IMG/VR virus record: IMGVR_UViG_3300025635_000121
Location: 1-29,617 of that record
Length of the DNA stretch: 29,617 nucleotides
Strand: one strand, 5' to 3'
From: a virus
Taxonomy: Duplodnaviria > Caudoviricetes
The position numbers and the translations under genes were made by a program. Below are positions 11,001-16,988 of the stretch, one piece after another. The notes below the pieces were generated by a model that was not told where the DNA came from, did not search any database, and worked only from the letters and a program-made list of their open reading frames with translations. Positions within the stretch are counted from its first letter, which is position 1. Each line of letters opens with the position of its first letter.

Positions 11001-14000
11001 CTGATGAAGGCTCCCATGTTCATCAAGGAGGTCTTCAGCCAGTATGAGCAGATTGGCAAGATGGTCGGAGGGTTTGCTGGTAACACATTCCGCCAGCAGA
11101 TTGCCAAATACAAACGCGGCTACCTGAACGCTAAGAGGGTGGCCTCGCAGTTTCAAGACCTGCCCAAGCTGCAATCGGCTGCGATGCGGTCGCACAACAT
11201 CAAGAACGAGGAATCCTACCGGAGACTCTTCAACGAGATGGCGCATTACGGACGCCTCTTTGGCTCCCCGCTGAGGACTGGCTTCAAGCTGCCAACATCA
11301 CAGCAAGTCGTCACCAAGGAGGACATGGAGTTTCTAAAGCGGACTCTGGCCTTTGAAGAGAAGCTTCGCAGGGAAGTCACCGAGATTGATCCGGTCACAG
11401 GCGTTCGCTACATGCGCGGCGGGAAGGAAATCACCCGAAAAGGTTCCTACGTCGGCGACGCCGGTATGCCGCGCCACCTGAACCGTGGGGCCACGCGTTT
11501 CATTGCGGATGTCATCAACGCTTACGCTGATACTCCGAAGGGGTTCACCTCTTCCACAGACCTTTCCTCCAGCAGCACAGATGAGGTGGTCAAGTATTGG
11601 AACGAACACCTCGACACGCTCAAGCAGCACATCCTCGACAGCACGCGCACCGACCGGACCTTCAAGCAGTCCGCCGAGATGGCGGCTGCGGAGAAGCGGA
11701 TTGCCGCACGGTGGCTGGCCGGGAACATGGATCAGGTGAACAGTGTGCAGGACTTGGTGGACCTGATTGCCGCTGAGATTCCTGTCACGAGCGGGAAGAA
11801 CCCGCTGGACACCGCTCGGGAAGGACTCAACAACGAGCTTCTGCAATACGTCAGCCATGCACAGCGCATCCAGAAGGAACGCGCCGACGACAACGCAAAG
11901 AACAGCGGACTCTCCATCGCACTGTCATCCGACAACGAGTTCACCAAGCCTGCGGCCAACTTGGAACTGCCGTCGGAATACTACGACTACGGGGCAGTCA
12001 GCGGCATTGACCGCATCACGGCACTCTCTCGGGCAAACCACTCCGCGCTGGTTGACTTCGCCAACTCCCTCCGGCTTGCCATCACGGAATTGCAGAACCG
12101 GGTTGACCGGCTTAAAGAAGCCAAGACAGACAAGGATCGGGCAGCCATCTTGGAGAACTACAAGGGCAACCCGCAGGAGATGCAGGATGTGCTGGATCTG
12201 CTGAAGACCTCCTTGAAGAACTTCGAGGACAGCTACCGGGCGGGTGGCCCAGACATCGTGCCGACAAGGCTTGGGCAGAAGCTCTTGAAAGCGATTGTCG
12301 GAAGTGTTCTGGCCAAGTTTGAGCTTGCTGCCCGCAACCTTTCCCAAGGCCAGATTCAGGTGCTCACGAATGCGTGGGCGATGAAATACATGAGCGCATC
12401 ACTGGCTGCATGGAAAGCCCTGACGAATGTTCCCCGTGGCGTGGTCAACACGGGCTACCTCGTGGCGCGGAACATTGCTGGATTTGCCGACCGCCGCCTT
12501 GGACGCGACCCGCAGTTTCAGCGCACTCTCAAAGGTGCTGTGGACATGCTCGCGGATGGCATCTTCAAGTCTGCCCAGCTTGCGCTCCTGAAGCCTCGTG
12601 TCGGTGCGAAGAATGTGCGGGCCAGCTTTGAGCGCGTCAGTGACCTTGGCTTCGATGTCAGTGATGACTGGTGGCAGGTTGCCAAGCAGGCGTGGGCGGA
12701 AAGCGGTCAGTTCCGCAATCAGCTTGAGATGAACGAGGCCACCAAGACCCGCACTGGTCGTGCGTTGCATTTCCTTGAACGCATTGCGAACACTGGACTG
12801 GATGCCACCAACGCCTTTGTTCGCGGCAGCGTGCTCGAAGCGAGCGACCTGAACATGAACGCCCTCTCGCTTGGCTTGGTTGGCAACATGGAGAAGCGCC
12901 TTGGAGAAGTGGCGATGGTGTTCGGAAAGCGGCTCACCGATGCTGGTGTCACAGAGATTGATCCGGCGAACCCGGATGCGATGCTGAAACCCAACGAGTG
13001 GCTGCCTTCTCTGAACCAGCAGACCGCCGTGAACTCCTTGGCAGAGGTCCGCAAGTTCCTCGAAAGCAGCGCTTCCTCGGAAGGTTTTCAGTTGGAGAAG
13101 AACCTCCTGCAATACTATCAGGACACGATGGCTGGGAAGCCTGCTGAGATTTTCAACCAGCGAACCTTTGATGCGGTCCAGCGGAGCATGATTGCGGAGA
13201 ACAACGCCGCGCTCCCCACCAACCGTGCCAGTGCTGGCCAAGCCTCAACGCTCTGGCGCACGCTACTGACACTGCAAGGCTATCCCGCTGACGCTTTTCT
13301 GAAGCTCCTGCGCATCTCCACTGGCGGATCGCGGGACCGGAAGAAAGTGCTTCAAGCCGCGAGCAAGATCACTGCGGCTCTTGGATTCGCCGCCATCGCA
13401 ATCCTCTTCCAAGGTGCAGGCGATGCTGGAAGCGAGTGGATCAAGCGCAAGTTCCAGGGAAAGCGAGCCGACCGGCCTACTCCATTGGACGCAGACTTCT
13501 ACACGGACCCGGACCACCTGATGCGGGCGATGGGTAACTATCTACTGTTGAGCACATACTACTTTGGAGACACCATCAGGGGCGCTTACGGATTTGTTGA
13601 TGGAAGGTCAACCATTGATCCAAACCAGAAGGTGTTCGCTGTCGCCACTGTCTCACAAATCCTGCGCGATATTGTGAGCGGTGCCAAGATTGCGAAGAAA
13701 GGCGGCAGCGTTGAGGAAGTCCTCGCACCACTCCGTAGGTCAATCACACGGCTCACCTTCGGAGCGCCTGAGCTTGAATACATGCTCGGCAAGGAGCGCG
13801 ACAACACTGAAGCAGCCAGAAGGGGCATGATGGAAAACGCCAAGGCTAAAGGCTTTGAGCTGCCAGCACCCGGCTTCGGGGGCACCGTCGGCCTGACGAA
13901 CATCAAGCGCAAGGCTCTCAGCCAAGCCGTCAGCGACATGGACATCGCCCAACGCAAAGGCGACGCCGAAGGCTATGCCAAGGCGAAAGCCGCCGCGCAG

Positions 14001-14507
14001 AAGCAGCTCACCGAGCTGGAAGCATACTACCTCAAGCAACGCCTCGAAGCGGGTGACTCGCCCGAGGTCGCTGCCAAAACTGCCAAGTCATCGGTCTGGT
14101 CGGATTATCAGGACAACAACCCTGTCACCGCAGCTCTTGGCGGGAAGCGCCCGACAGCGGAGCAATACAAGCAGCTTGTGGAAAGCTCCACCGGGGAGCG
14201 TGGTGAAGTCATCCGCCAAGGCATCAAGGCGTGGCAGGACGGGGCGCAGGCGCTCTTTGGCAAGCCGGGTAACATCACCAAGGAGGATGTCGCCGAGAAT
14301 CGCCCTGGGGGCACCGTGCGTGAGCCCTCCTACGGGCGCGTCTCGCTGACTGGCGGGGTGTCGGGCCGGATGAAGTCTGTGGGGGTTTCGCCTAGCCGTG
14401 GCCGTCGGGCGAAGATTCGCCGCATCAGCCTCACGGGTCGTCGTCGGAAGATTAGCCCAATTAGGAGCCGCAGGAAAAAGATTCGCCGGGTGCGATTGAC
14501 GGCTTGA
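2076..14507 (+). CDS. giant (4143 aa) polyvalent internal virion/DNA-ejection protein with ART-like and zincin-like modules
   Basis: Uninterrupted 12.4-kb ORF. N-terminal Gly/Ala hydrophobic helices, Pro-rich linkers, a modular centre (HGTPH..KIGTGEGAQVYGWGLYF; YLAAVQRGD..QIKSADPITYDDAGNVIPLSQRF..DIRYS; two EExxH motifs), a long helical C-terminal half with a hydrophobic segment (ITAALGFAAIAILF) and a basic tail. Confidence 0.85.
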   Translation: MAFEFTPPPVDSLEPEAFTPPPLDSLEPMTERDSRWLKLNAERESAKVEQDITDDSSALRRVVADPAIALAKGVISVPEAAVGLADIVSKGRAGKAVEDAGFKFREAKDILSSYQTGEQQMAQGRVAQAKGFIPTVQALVENPTVAAESMIESLPLMFGGGALSQAALNGVKKLGPKFAAWAAGASAPVVAGAVGEGVVGAGSAAENIRQQSPDRLLNWEQAGYAAASGVGTAALGVLGGKVAQKLGLEDIQTALARGGTQAAQKAALPKFKAIVAGALQEGALEELPQSAQEQMFSNLALGKPWNEGLAEAAAQGFVAGAAMGGFAQLVSGRGQPAATPPPLPAPAPAAPVAPTPAPAPQVAAPQASQRVSVPIEPPPMPKVSGLMLNQPLSTWSTSPSSPNILAQSPDSFGIGNKVVKLSQAGGGFGKVGTVTAMTGPKVDGNPNATVTVKFDDGTTTVSGFKEFGFLENVQQAKAMSEAARGKPFEFPLPPPTPKVALPEPPAKVDSKRTVPLDAAEQLQQRINAARAAGDVATARRLAAELDLLGTPPAVTPRPRRTAITPAAQAAAPKRTAALPEAPSLPEPLEGQPYDTRLATRPEATMPARPVGELGIERGRVSPVDPDLAAAVEDIRGGYAERTARELEREVAKAALYPWQMNRADFVEEVNAGGPYRIAARKGSRSDKVMREAAAINHKQAVIDALEAGKPVPPVVLADYPELTQKGEAAPAAVKQPWQMTRAETIATAKSNRSDSSGDEPVLVVDKTTGSPVTEVKRSQVAKLNTKKYEARELGGEPLRKVDAGIDDGWIGNVLQRHKQNVEAALREGKPVPPAVLADYPELKQKGEAAPGMARRQEAPASSLTPAERATPAGQKKMASEAASVATVSILNKRVREKSPGDAWDDKQIQAATGNQSLLNSIRDDLLPIYNRLYKKSEPTSAPLVEVPDKDLIAKTPPAQRVDIDNGTRVQEFRVRKTTSAEMGEQWSNYYTTPWVVERRTVRRNLDTGEVDNGEWSPFARGETRQKAIEDGLGDTTFMQAESVDNTHKKVVAKEMFAQQWRVDKKKRLDEAGRDVRQAENALIAVKEDANKAYKTALKRAKLFEAAGKNEADPVKIKAIQEKLQKEWFPKRDAAEAALKKANENTKAIESETQPPYAPQEQASVEVLRNQPPGTPAQVAEGKPGEVSQAAGQGEAQAQQGRVTTPAKGASRKRVKQEKPTAAERTSVDPKTDELLGSNERGEPIYWSDNAKTHYAISDGRIRTAPWTAGLPESALKRLEELIQGRDPQLSLGQIPSARPAQSLSKMQVEQAVRELFPDRSTPPNFQVTHNYGKVFNGREVRGWYDPATGTIWLNAAYLRSPQEARAVFVEEAFHAIQNDKSVQKELSRLVASLTPEQLAEARSAYGNISEEQLRMEAVADILEKQQLTQEQRGMIARLWDAVLGAIQRLYGKFTGKVFTERDAQDVLAKALKAAAAGRRTNVGGQTIFASNAVVVPPNKRDEAFSLTAHHGTPHQVDKFTTGKIGTGEGAQVYGWGLYFAENEQVAKEYQKRLSGKWTVSRVQNPRTGRWSWVASEGGLRGAIHEFTTEEEARRFAFGGGSTYTVTLNVEPDELLDWDKPLSQQSEKVRKAIVAAGAAPELMATMEGAQIYRELMGGMFASDFDYLKGEARKRTERLVSLGIKGIRYRDQGTRFAVPQKNYHIIPAKQGTSFIVNRGVNGQRLGEFPSYEQAEAWVLAQPDSNQPTYNYVIFNEYDIKITHANGQPVTVKEAQAEQALSVGPLQNQLDQQYLAAVQRGDMQEVQRLVDEAARAGGWNTKAYKSMPDSDWRNGEPINVIDSTNGPWAGFFTDSKAVAERFSRIMRHPVRTAFLNLGRVFEIDATGKAAGELQFDIRDDSGPYRQKNNKVALDAINSGDYDTVVLRNTVDEGTVFVPISSNQIKSADPITYDDAGNVIPLSQRFQQESPDIRYSLGGPVKGIANENAAWETNPARVAENLRGSPQVLRTSDEQINEVLTRANELGVARENTRAEQAKRENQLDADVLGLRSGSKPSAEPSFSPVRVFLSTDTVNAAAGRNAAILANRLLQREAGSQDNAPQDILGGDFISTLAGKSKLVFTIQPRGNSAQAETYYVPGVGPVVVINSDAIAGYDFSNPSARAAVDGFLAEEIIHSAALQVATDSDVEAVWASLSDKEKKATERSYNRRKNLKNLTPITLGHEYLRMVIQERMFGKTTEQVELRITEPVKKFLRKLLNFIKEAFGKKPENDIARQLVSRIESALNGELPRQSSIIPSGTSLATNISQSDATEVQGRAIEPSLVAAASRAVADLGRKQVEEFEQAGRQLEGLAYESKSFRDARSELNNLVSLHEGRLRQLPQDRVTDDMRANIRDGVSIENGQIVVGDELVTKLAQMGVQFRPELVKAMQAEVYFEQQARRLVDNLGKLATLKELLDYYTRIKAPADEILKLDKLIAAKEKVVASLTPATTDRGRGQQSIGERAGEIVLATASKVELQSKRDALTLEPVQEFFGKGITELRDLSEKAKAAADLTRAMMDSSTSISEVARLGEIYDKWASFDATVKDALKKGTLTDEQRTSVLTSLQRSFDEFDVAKSQMDDLLNSEEKGLLKDIRLAEADIADAKVTEGMSEILVKDALKAAKGEMGLTGTVGDASRIENVEKLTDAITTLAMNLGRTLDQNRWLYDFLMAPGAMPAFGANIQQSLFVTDTALREILKVVQQSPSLASAIVTLTDDAAAKLANSPPNQMQSIATLATSGNPVGMALAANLTSQIVQQANAQGTKANAARQTAARQLAQSVLRLRTLQQGQALFNQTANSPAFQQLRSAVAAGASEAQKMVVLGPTGPVLRGFKSAAKEYQPELKINVESDALELQKTRDKVWKYLQNAEQYVADYEAAAALHAANPANPSPSQLGFDVADYNGLKHAIENDIWPMFLNMGDMDDAARAGQYLTPVAVRKLMKAPMFIKEVFSQYEQIGKMVGGFAGNTFRQQIAKYKRGYLNAKRVASQFQDLPKLQSAAMRSHNIKNEESYRRLFNEMAHYGRLFGSPLRTGFKLPTSQQVVTKEDMEFLKRTLAFEEKLRREVTEIDPVTGVRYMRGGKEITRKGSYVGDAGMPRHLNRGATRFIADVINAYADTPKGFTSSTDLSSSSTDEVVKYWNEHLDTLKQHILDSTRTDRTFKQSAEMAAAEKRIAARWLAGNMDQVNSVQDLVDLIAAEIPVTSGKNPLDTAREGLNNELLQYVSHAQRIQKERADDNAKNSGLSIALSSDNEFTKPAANLELPSEYYDYGAVSGIDRITALSRANHSALVDFANSLRLAITELQNRVDRLKEAKTDKDRAAILENYKGNPQEMQDVLDLLKTSLKNFEDSYRAGGPDIVPTRLGQKLLKAIVGSVLAKFELAARNLSQGQIQVLTNAWAMKYMSASLAAWKALTNVPRGVVNTGYLVARNIAGFADRRLGRDPQFQRTLKGAVDMLADGIFKSAQLALLKPRVGAKNVRASFERVSDLGFDVSDDWWQVAKQAWAESGQFRNQLEMNEATKTRTGRALHFLERIANTGLDATNAFVRGSVLEASDLNMNALSLGLVGNMEKRLGEVAMVFGKRLTDAGVTEIDPANPDAMLKPNEWLPSLNQQTAVNSLAEVRKFLESSASSEGFQLEKNLLQYYQDTMAGKPAEIFNQRTFDAVQRSMIAENNAALPTNRASAGQASTLWRTLLTLQGYPADAFLKLLRISTGGSRDRKKVLQAASKITAALGFAAIAILFQGAGDAGSEWIKRKFQGKRADRPTPLDADFYTDPDHLMRAMGNYLLLSTYYFGDTIRGAYGFVDGRSTIDPNQKVFAVATVSQILRDIVSGAKIAKKGGSVEEVLAPLRRSITRLTFGAPELEYMLGKERDNTEAARRGMMENAKAKGFELPAPGFGGTVGLTNIKRKALSQAVSDMDIAQRKGDAEGYAKAKAAAQKQLTELEAYYLKQRLEAGDSPEVAAKTAKSSVWSDYQDNNPVTAALGGKRPTAEQYKQLVESSTGERGEVIRQGIKAWQDGAQALFGKPGNITKEDVAENRPGGTVREPSYGRVSLTGGVSGRMKSVGVSPSRGRRAKIRRISLTGRRRKISPIRSRRKKIRRVRLTA
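2088..2159 (+). repeat. tandem peptide repeat FTPPP(V/L)DSLEP x2 at the giant protein N-terminus
   Basis: FTPPPVDSLEP-EA-FTPPPLDSLEP; the copies differ mostly at synonymous codon positions. Confidence 0.9.
4197..4266 (+). repeat. 70-bp direct repeat, copy 1 (encodes GKPVPPVVLADYPELTQKGEAAP)
   Basis: 68/70 identical to 4557-4626; spacing 360 bp, in frame. Confidence 0.95.
4557..4626 (+). repeat. 70-bp direct repeat, copy 2 (encodes GKPVPPAVLADYPELKQKGEAAP)
   Basis: 68/70 identical to 4197-4266. Confidence 0.95.
5980..6500 (+). other. zincin/MPTase-like module 1 inside the giant protein (EEAFH variant)
   Basis: RGWYDPATGTIWLNA...VFVEEAFHAI...MEAVA...RLWDAV fits the polyvalent-protein metallopeptidase pattern, with the first His of HExxH replaced by Glu (6183-6197). 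Boundaries approximate. Confidence 0.7.
6594..7355 (+). other. ADP-ribosyltransferase-like module 1 inside the giant protein
   Basis: AHHGTPHQVDKF..GKIGTGEGAQVYGWGLYFAE..A.EY ... GIKGIRY.D ... NYVIF: the HG(T/S)/GLYF/YVIF pattern of ART domains in phage polyvalent proteins. Confidence 0.7.
7440..7992 (+). other. ART-PolyVal-like module 2 inside the giant protein
   Basis: YLAAVQRGDM..VQRLVDEAARAGG...AGFFTD..VA.RF...AFLNL...GDYDTV...NQIKSADPITYDDAGNVIPLSQRF..DIRYS. The usual AYHGT is replaced by AYKSM. Confidence 0.65.
8420..8930 (+). other. zincin/MPTase-like module 2 inside the giant protein (EEIIH variant)
   Basis: YYVPGVGPVVVINSDA...FLAEEIIHSAA...GHEYLRM...KKFLRKLLNFIK; EExxH at 8577-8591. 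Boundaries approximate. Confidence 0.6.
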
Positions 14508-14532
14508 CAGCCCGCCAAATCTGGCGGATGGT
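14504..14532 (+). promoter_or_regulatory. putative sigma70-type promoter with palindromic operator in the spacer
   Basis: TTGACA (14504-14509, overlapping the giant ORF stop), CCGCCA-aatc-TGGCGG (14512-14527), weak -10 GATGGT at 17-nt spacing. A near-identical element lies at 25606-25628 on the - strand. Confidence 0.55.
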
Positions 14533-14556
14533 TTGAGTAAGTTGAAAACTTACGGA

Positions 14557-14802
14557 ATGCCAATGCTTAACCCTCAAGAAGAAATTGATGCAGGTATTCA
14601 ATATGAGGAAAATGGGGCGAAGGCTTGGAATGTCATGGTAGAGCAGTGTAATGGGATGATCAGGGGGGCGTTTGTGTATGCAAACTCGATTGAATCGGCT
14701 TGCGAGATTGCTCTCGCGTCTAAGTGTGACGAAGGCGAGCGAGTTCTTAAATGCAATCCAGTAAGCGTTTTCACAGCAAAGCGCCTCGGACTACTGAAGT
14801 GA
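14557..14802 (+). CDS. hypothetical protein (low-GC)
   Basis: ORF open from TTG 14533; ATG 14557 or 14563 is the more plausible start. AT-richer than its neighbours. Confidence 0.55.
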   Translation: MPMLNPQEEIDAGIQYEENGAKAWNVMVEQCNGMIRGAFVYANSIESACEIALASKCDEGERVLKCNPVSVFTAKRLGLLK

Positions 14803-14806
14803 AGTA

Positions 14807-15055
14807 GTGGCGGAATCGCATACAAACATGAAAGTTCCATTCAGCTCAGAATACTTTGAAAAACTGGAAGCGGAATACGTCGCTGGAAATAAGCAGATCG
14901 ACAAAGAGAAAAAGATTGCCGATAGAGTGCTCTTCCTCCTTTCAGATCTGAAAGTTTCCGAGGTTGAGAAAATCTTAATTCATATTGTTCTTCCAGCCGT
15001 AAAGAAGAATTCCAAATTCCGACCATGCAAGACCCCTACAAACCACGCGGCCTGA
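14807..15055 (+). CDS. hypothetical protein (low-GC)
   Basis: 82-aa ORF (alternative ATG at 14828), K/E-rich and helical, overlapping the next gene. Confidence 0.55.
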   Translation: MAESHTNMKVPFSSEYFEKLEAEYVAGNKQIDKEKKIADRVLFLLSDLKVSEVEKILIHIVLPAVKKNSKFRPCKTPTNHAA

Positions 15056-15468
15056 CGAAACTCTGGGGCGACCTCCCCTCAATGGCCAAGGCGCAGGCGA
15101 ACAGCGGGAAGAAGAACGCTGTGGCATCCGCTCAGAGATTCACCCGGATGTGCCCCATCTGCGGGCTGATGTATGAGCGCTCCAAGCTGTTCACCGCGCC
15201 GGAGCTGAAGATGGCTGAGTGCAAAGGGTGCAAGGAGAAGTTGGCCGATGGGAGCGTCGCCTTCATCACCACCTCGCGGAGATACGCCATCGTGAAGTTC
15301 AACCCAGCACTGAAAGAGCGCCTCATGGAGTTGAGCCATGTGGAGAACCTTCCGGTGGATGATGCGGTGTTCATCGCCAAGCTCGCCAATGCAGCTCCCG
15401 GTGGGACTGTCACCTTGAACGACGACGAGATGAACGCGCTGGAGAAGTTCCATGCGCAGGGGAATTGA
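15025..15468 (+). CDS. zinc-ribbon protein
   Basis: CPICG...CKGC pair; codon usage resembles the high-GC backbone. Confidence 0.7.
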   Translation: MQDPYKPRGLTKLWGDLPSMAKAQANSGKKNAVASAQRFTRMCPICGLMYERSKLFTAPELKMAECKGCKEKLADGSVAFITTSRRYAIVKFNPALKERLMELSHVENLPVDDAVFIAKLANAAPGGTVTLNDDEMNALEKFHAQGN

Positions 15469-15469
15469 T

Positions 15470-15742
15470 ATGGAATCTTCACAAGGAGGGCTATCGGATT
15501 GCCCGGAGAAGTGGCGTTCTGTGCAGCACATAGCCAGTCGTTTGGGGTATGAACTAGTGACTGGCATGAACCCACCACTCCACGGTGTAACTGTCGGCTG
15601 GAGAGGGCATGGCACAACCTTGAGCGACCACGGGGAATACTTACTATTCCACTATCACGGCGGGAACAGGACAATACGAACAGAGCGCCAACTTCGTCGA
15701 GTGACAAAGTTTCTCGACTACTCATGGCGATACAACGAGTGA
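15470..15742 (+). CDS. hypothetical protein
   Basis: ATG 1 nt after the previous stop; 90 aa; fills the gap in the operon. Confidence 0.45.
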   Translation: MESSQGGLSDCPEKWRSVQHIASRLGYELVTGMNPPLHGVTVGWRGHGTTLSDHGEYLLFHYHGGNRTIRTERQLRRVTKFLDYSWRYNE

Positions 15743-16092
15743 CCATGCCAACCCTCCCACAAGTCATTGACGAGGTTCCTCCCTTCATCGTCGCCGCGAT
15801 GGCGAAGGTGGACCGGAAACCCCTCTCCAGGAGCCAGCTCGCAGAGCGTTCCGGCCTGTCCTTGCGCATGGTGGAGCGGTTGGCGGTGAAGACCTCTTGG
15901 GAAGGCGTGAACGTGGATGTGTGCGGAGCTTTTGCCGACGCTGCCTGCGTGGACCTCTTCAAGCCGTTCAAGGTGCGGAGGTTCCTGCTGGCTGCGGCTG
16001 TGTCGGAGAACCCGCTGAAACACCTTTCACCGGCTGCTAGGAAGACTTTTAATAGGTGCTTGGAAAAGTGGATTAAGAGGCAACTGCTATGA
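15739..16092 (+). CDS. XRE/Cro-like helix-turn-helix protein
   Basis: LSRSQLAERSGLSLRMVERLA is a typical HTH. Start is GTG 15739 (GTGA overlap) or ATG 15745; ATGA overlap with the next gene. Confidence 0.7.
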   Translation: MTMPTLPQVIDEVPPFIVAAMAKVDRKPLSRSQLAERSGLSLRMVERLAVKTSWEGVNVDVCGAFADAACVDLFKPFKVRRFLLAAAVSENPLKHLSPAARKTFNRCLEKWIKRQLL

Positions 16093-16988
16093 ACAGACTG
16101 AGCGACAGCGACAAGAACTTCGGGCCATTCACACTAGGCAAGTGGCACAAGTCATTCTCTGCCTACATCAACAGCGGTGGCGACGAGGGACGGGAGTCCT
16201 ACCTGATGCTGACCGCTTTTGGATTGGCCTTGAGGATTCGTGTTTTCGATTGGTTGTGCCGACCGTGGCGCGAGAAGTGGGTGGAGTGCAACTGGGACGC
16301 TGAGACAGTTAAGCGGCTTGGCAGCAGTGGGTATTGGAAAATCCACGAACGACGATTTGGATTCAGCCTGTCCGACATGGGAAACGGCTACGACTTCCTT
16401 CAGTGCTTTTTCGGGCCGCAGACGCACGACAGCTCGACGACTAAAAGCTGGTCGAAGCATCTGCCATGGAAGCAATGGGACCACGTAAGGCACAGCCTCT
16501 ACACTCCAACCGGAGCGCACTTTTACACCGAGCGTCGCGGTGCAGACTTCAGGGAGTTTTTCGATAAAAAGGAAGAGTGCCCGAAAGTCCACTTCGGATT
16601 CGAGGACGCCGACGGCGAACTAATCGTGGCGACCTGCTGCATTGAGGAACGTGAGTGGCACAAGGGGTCGGGGTGGTTCAAATGGCTTCGCTGGTTCTAT
16701 GCACCGAAAATCTGCCGCAGCTTGGACTTGGCTTTCAGTGCGGAAGTCGGTCCTGGAAAAGGCTCATGGAAGGGTGGCACCATCGGCCACGGAATAGATA
16801 TGCTTCCCGGCGAATCTCCCAAGGAAGCATTTCAACGCTACTGCGCGACAGACCACCGGCACAAAGGGAGACAATACAATCTTCGGTTCATTGGGGCGTG
16901 CAATCCACCTCCGCCACGCCACCACCCGCAAGATCCTCAACTGGAAATCAAGAAGCCATCACCCGAGCATCCACCTGAAAGCGACTGA
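16089..16988 (+). CDS. hypothetical phage protein (Trp-rich, beta-rich)
   Basis: 299-aa ORF with motif EVGPGKGSWKGGTIGHGIDMLPGE; its 3' end overlaps the convergent tail gene by 41 bp. Confidence 0.7.
   Translation: MNRLSDSDKNFGPFTLGKWHKSFSAYINSGGDEGRESYLMLTAFGLALRIRVFDWLCRPWREKWVECNWDAETVKRLGSSGYWKIHERRFGFSLSDMGNGYDFLQCFFGPQTHDSSTTKSWSKHLPWKQWDHVRHSLYTPTGAHFYTERRGADFREFFDKKEECPKVHFGFEDADGELIVATCCIEEREWHKGSGWFKWLRWFYAPKICRSLDLAFSAEVGPGKGSWKGGTIGHGIDMLPGESPKEAFQRYCATDHRHKGRQYNLRFIGACNPPPPRHHPQDPQLEIKKPSPEHPPESD

Noticed and set aside
2076-14507. Virion RNA polymerase or DarB-type methylase/helicase in the giant protein
   Set aside because: No polymerase, Walker A/DExH or NPPY/F motifs were found in the translation.
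320-14563. Numerous long antisense and alternative-frame ORFs (e.g. 320-1102, 1150-1914, 12399-13241)
   Set aside because: They are shadow ORFs of GC-rich coding genes with no protein-like motifs.
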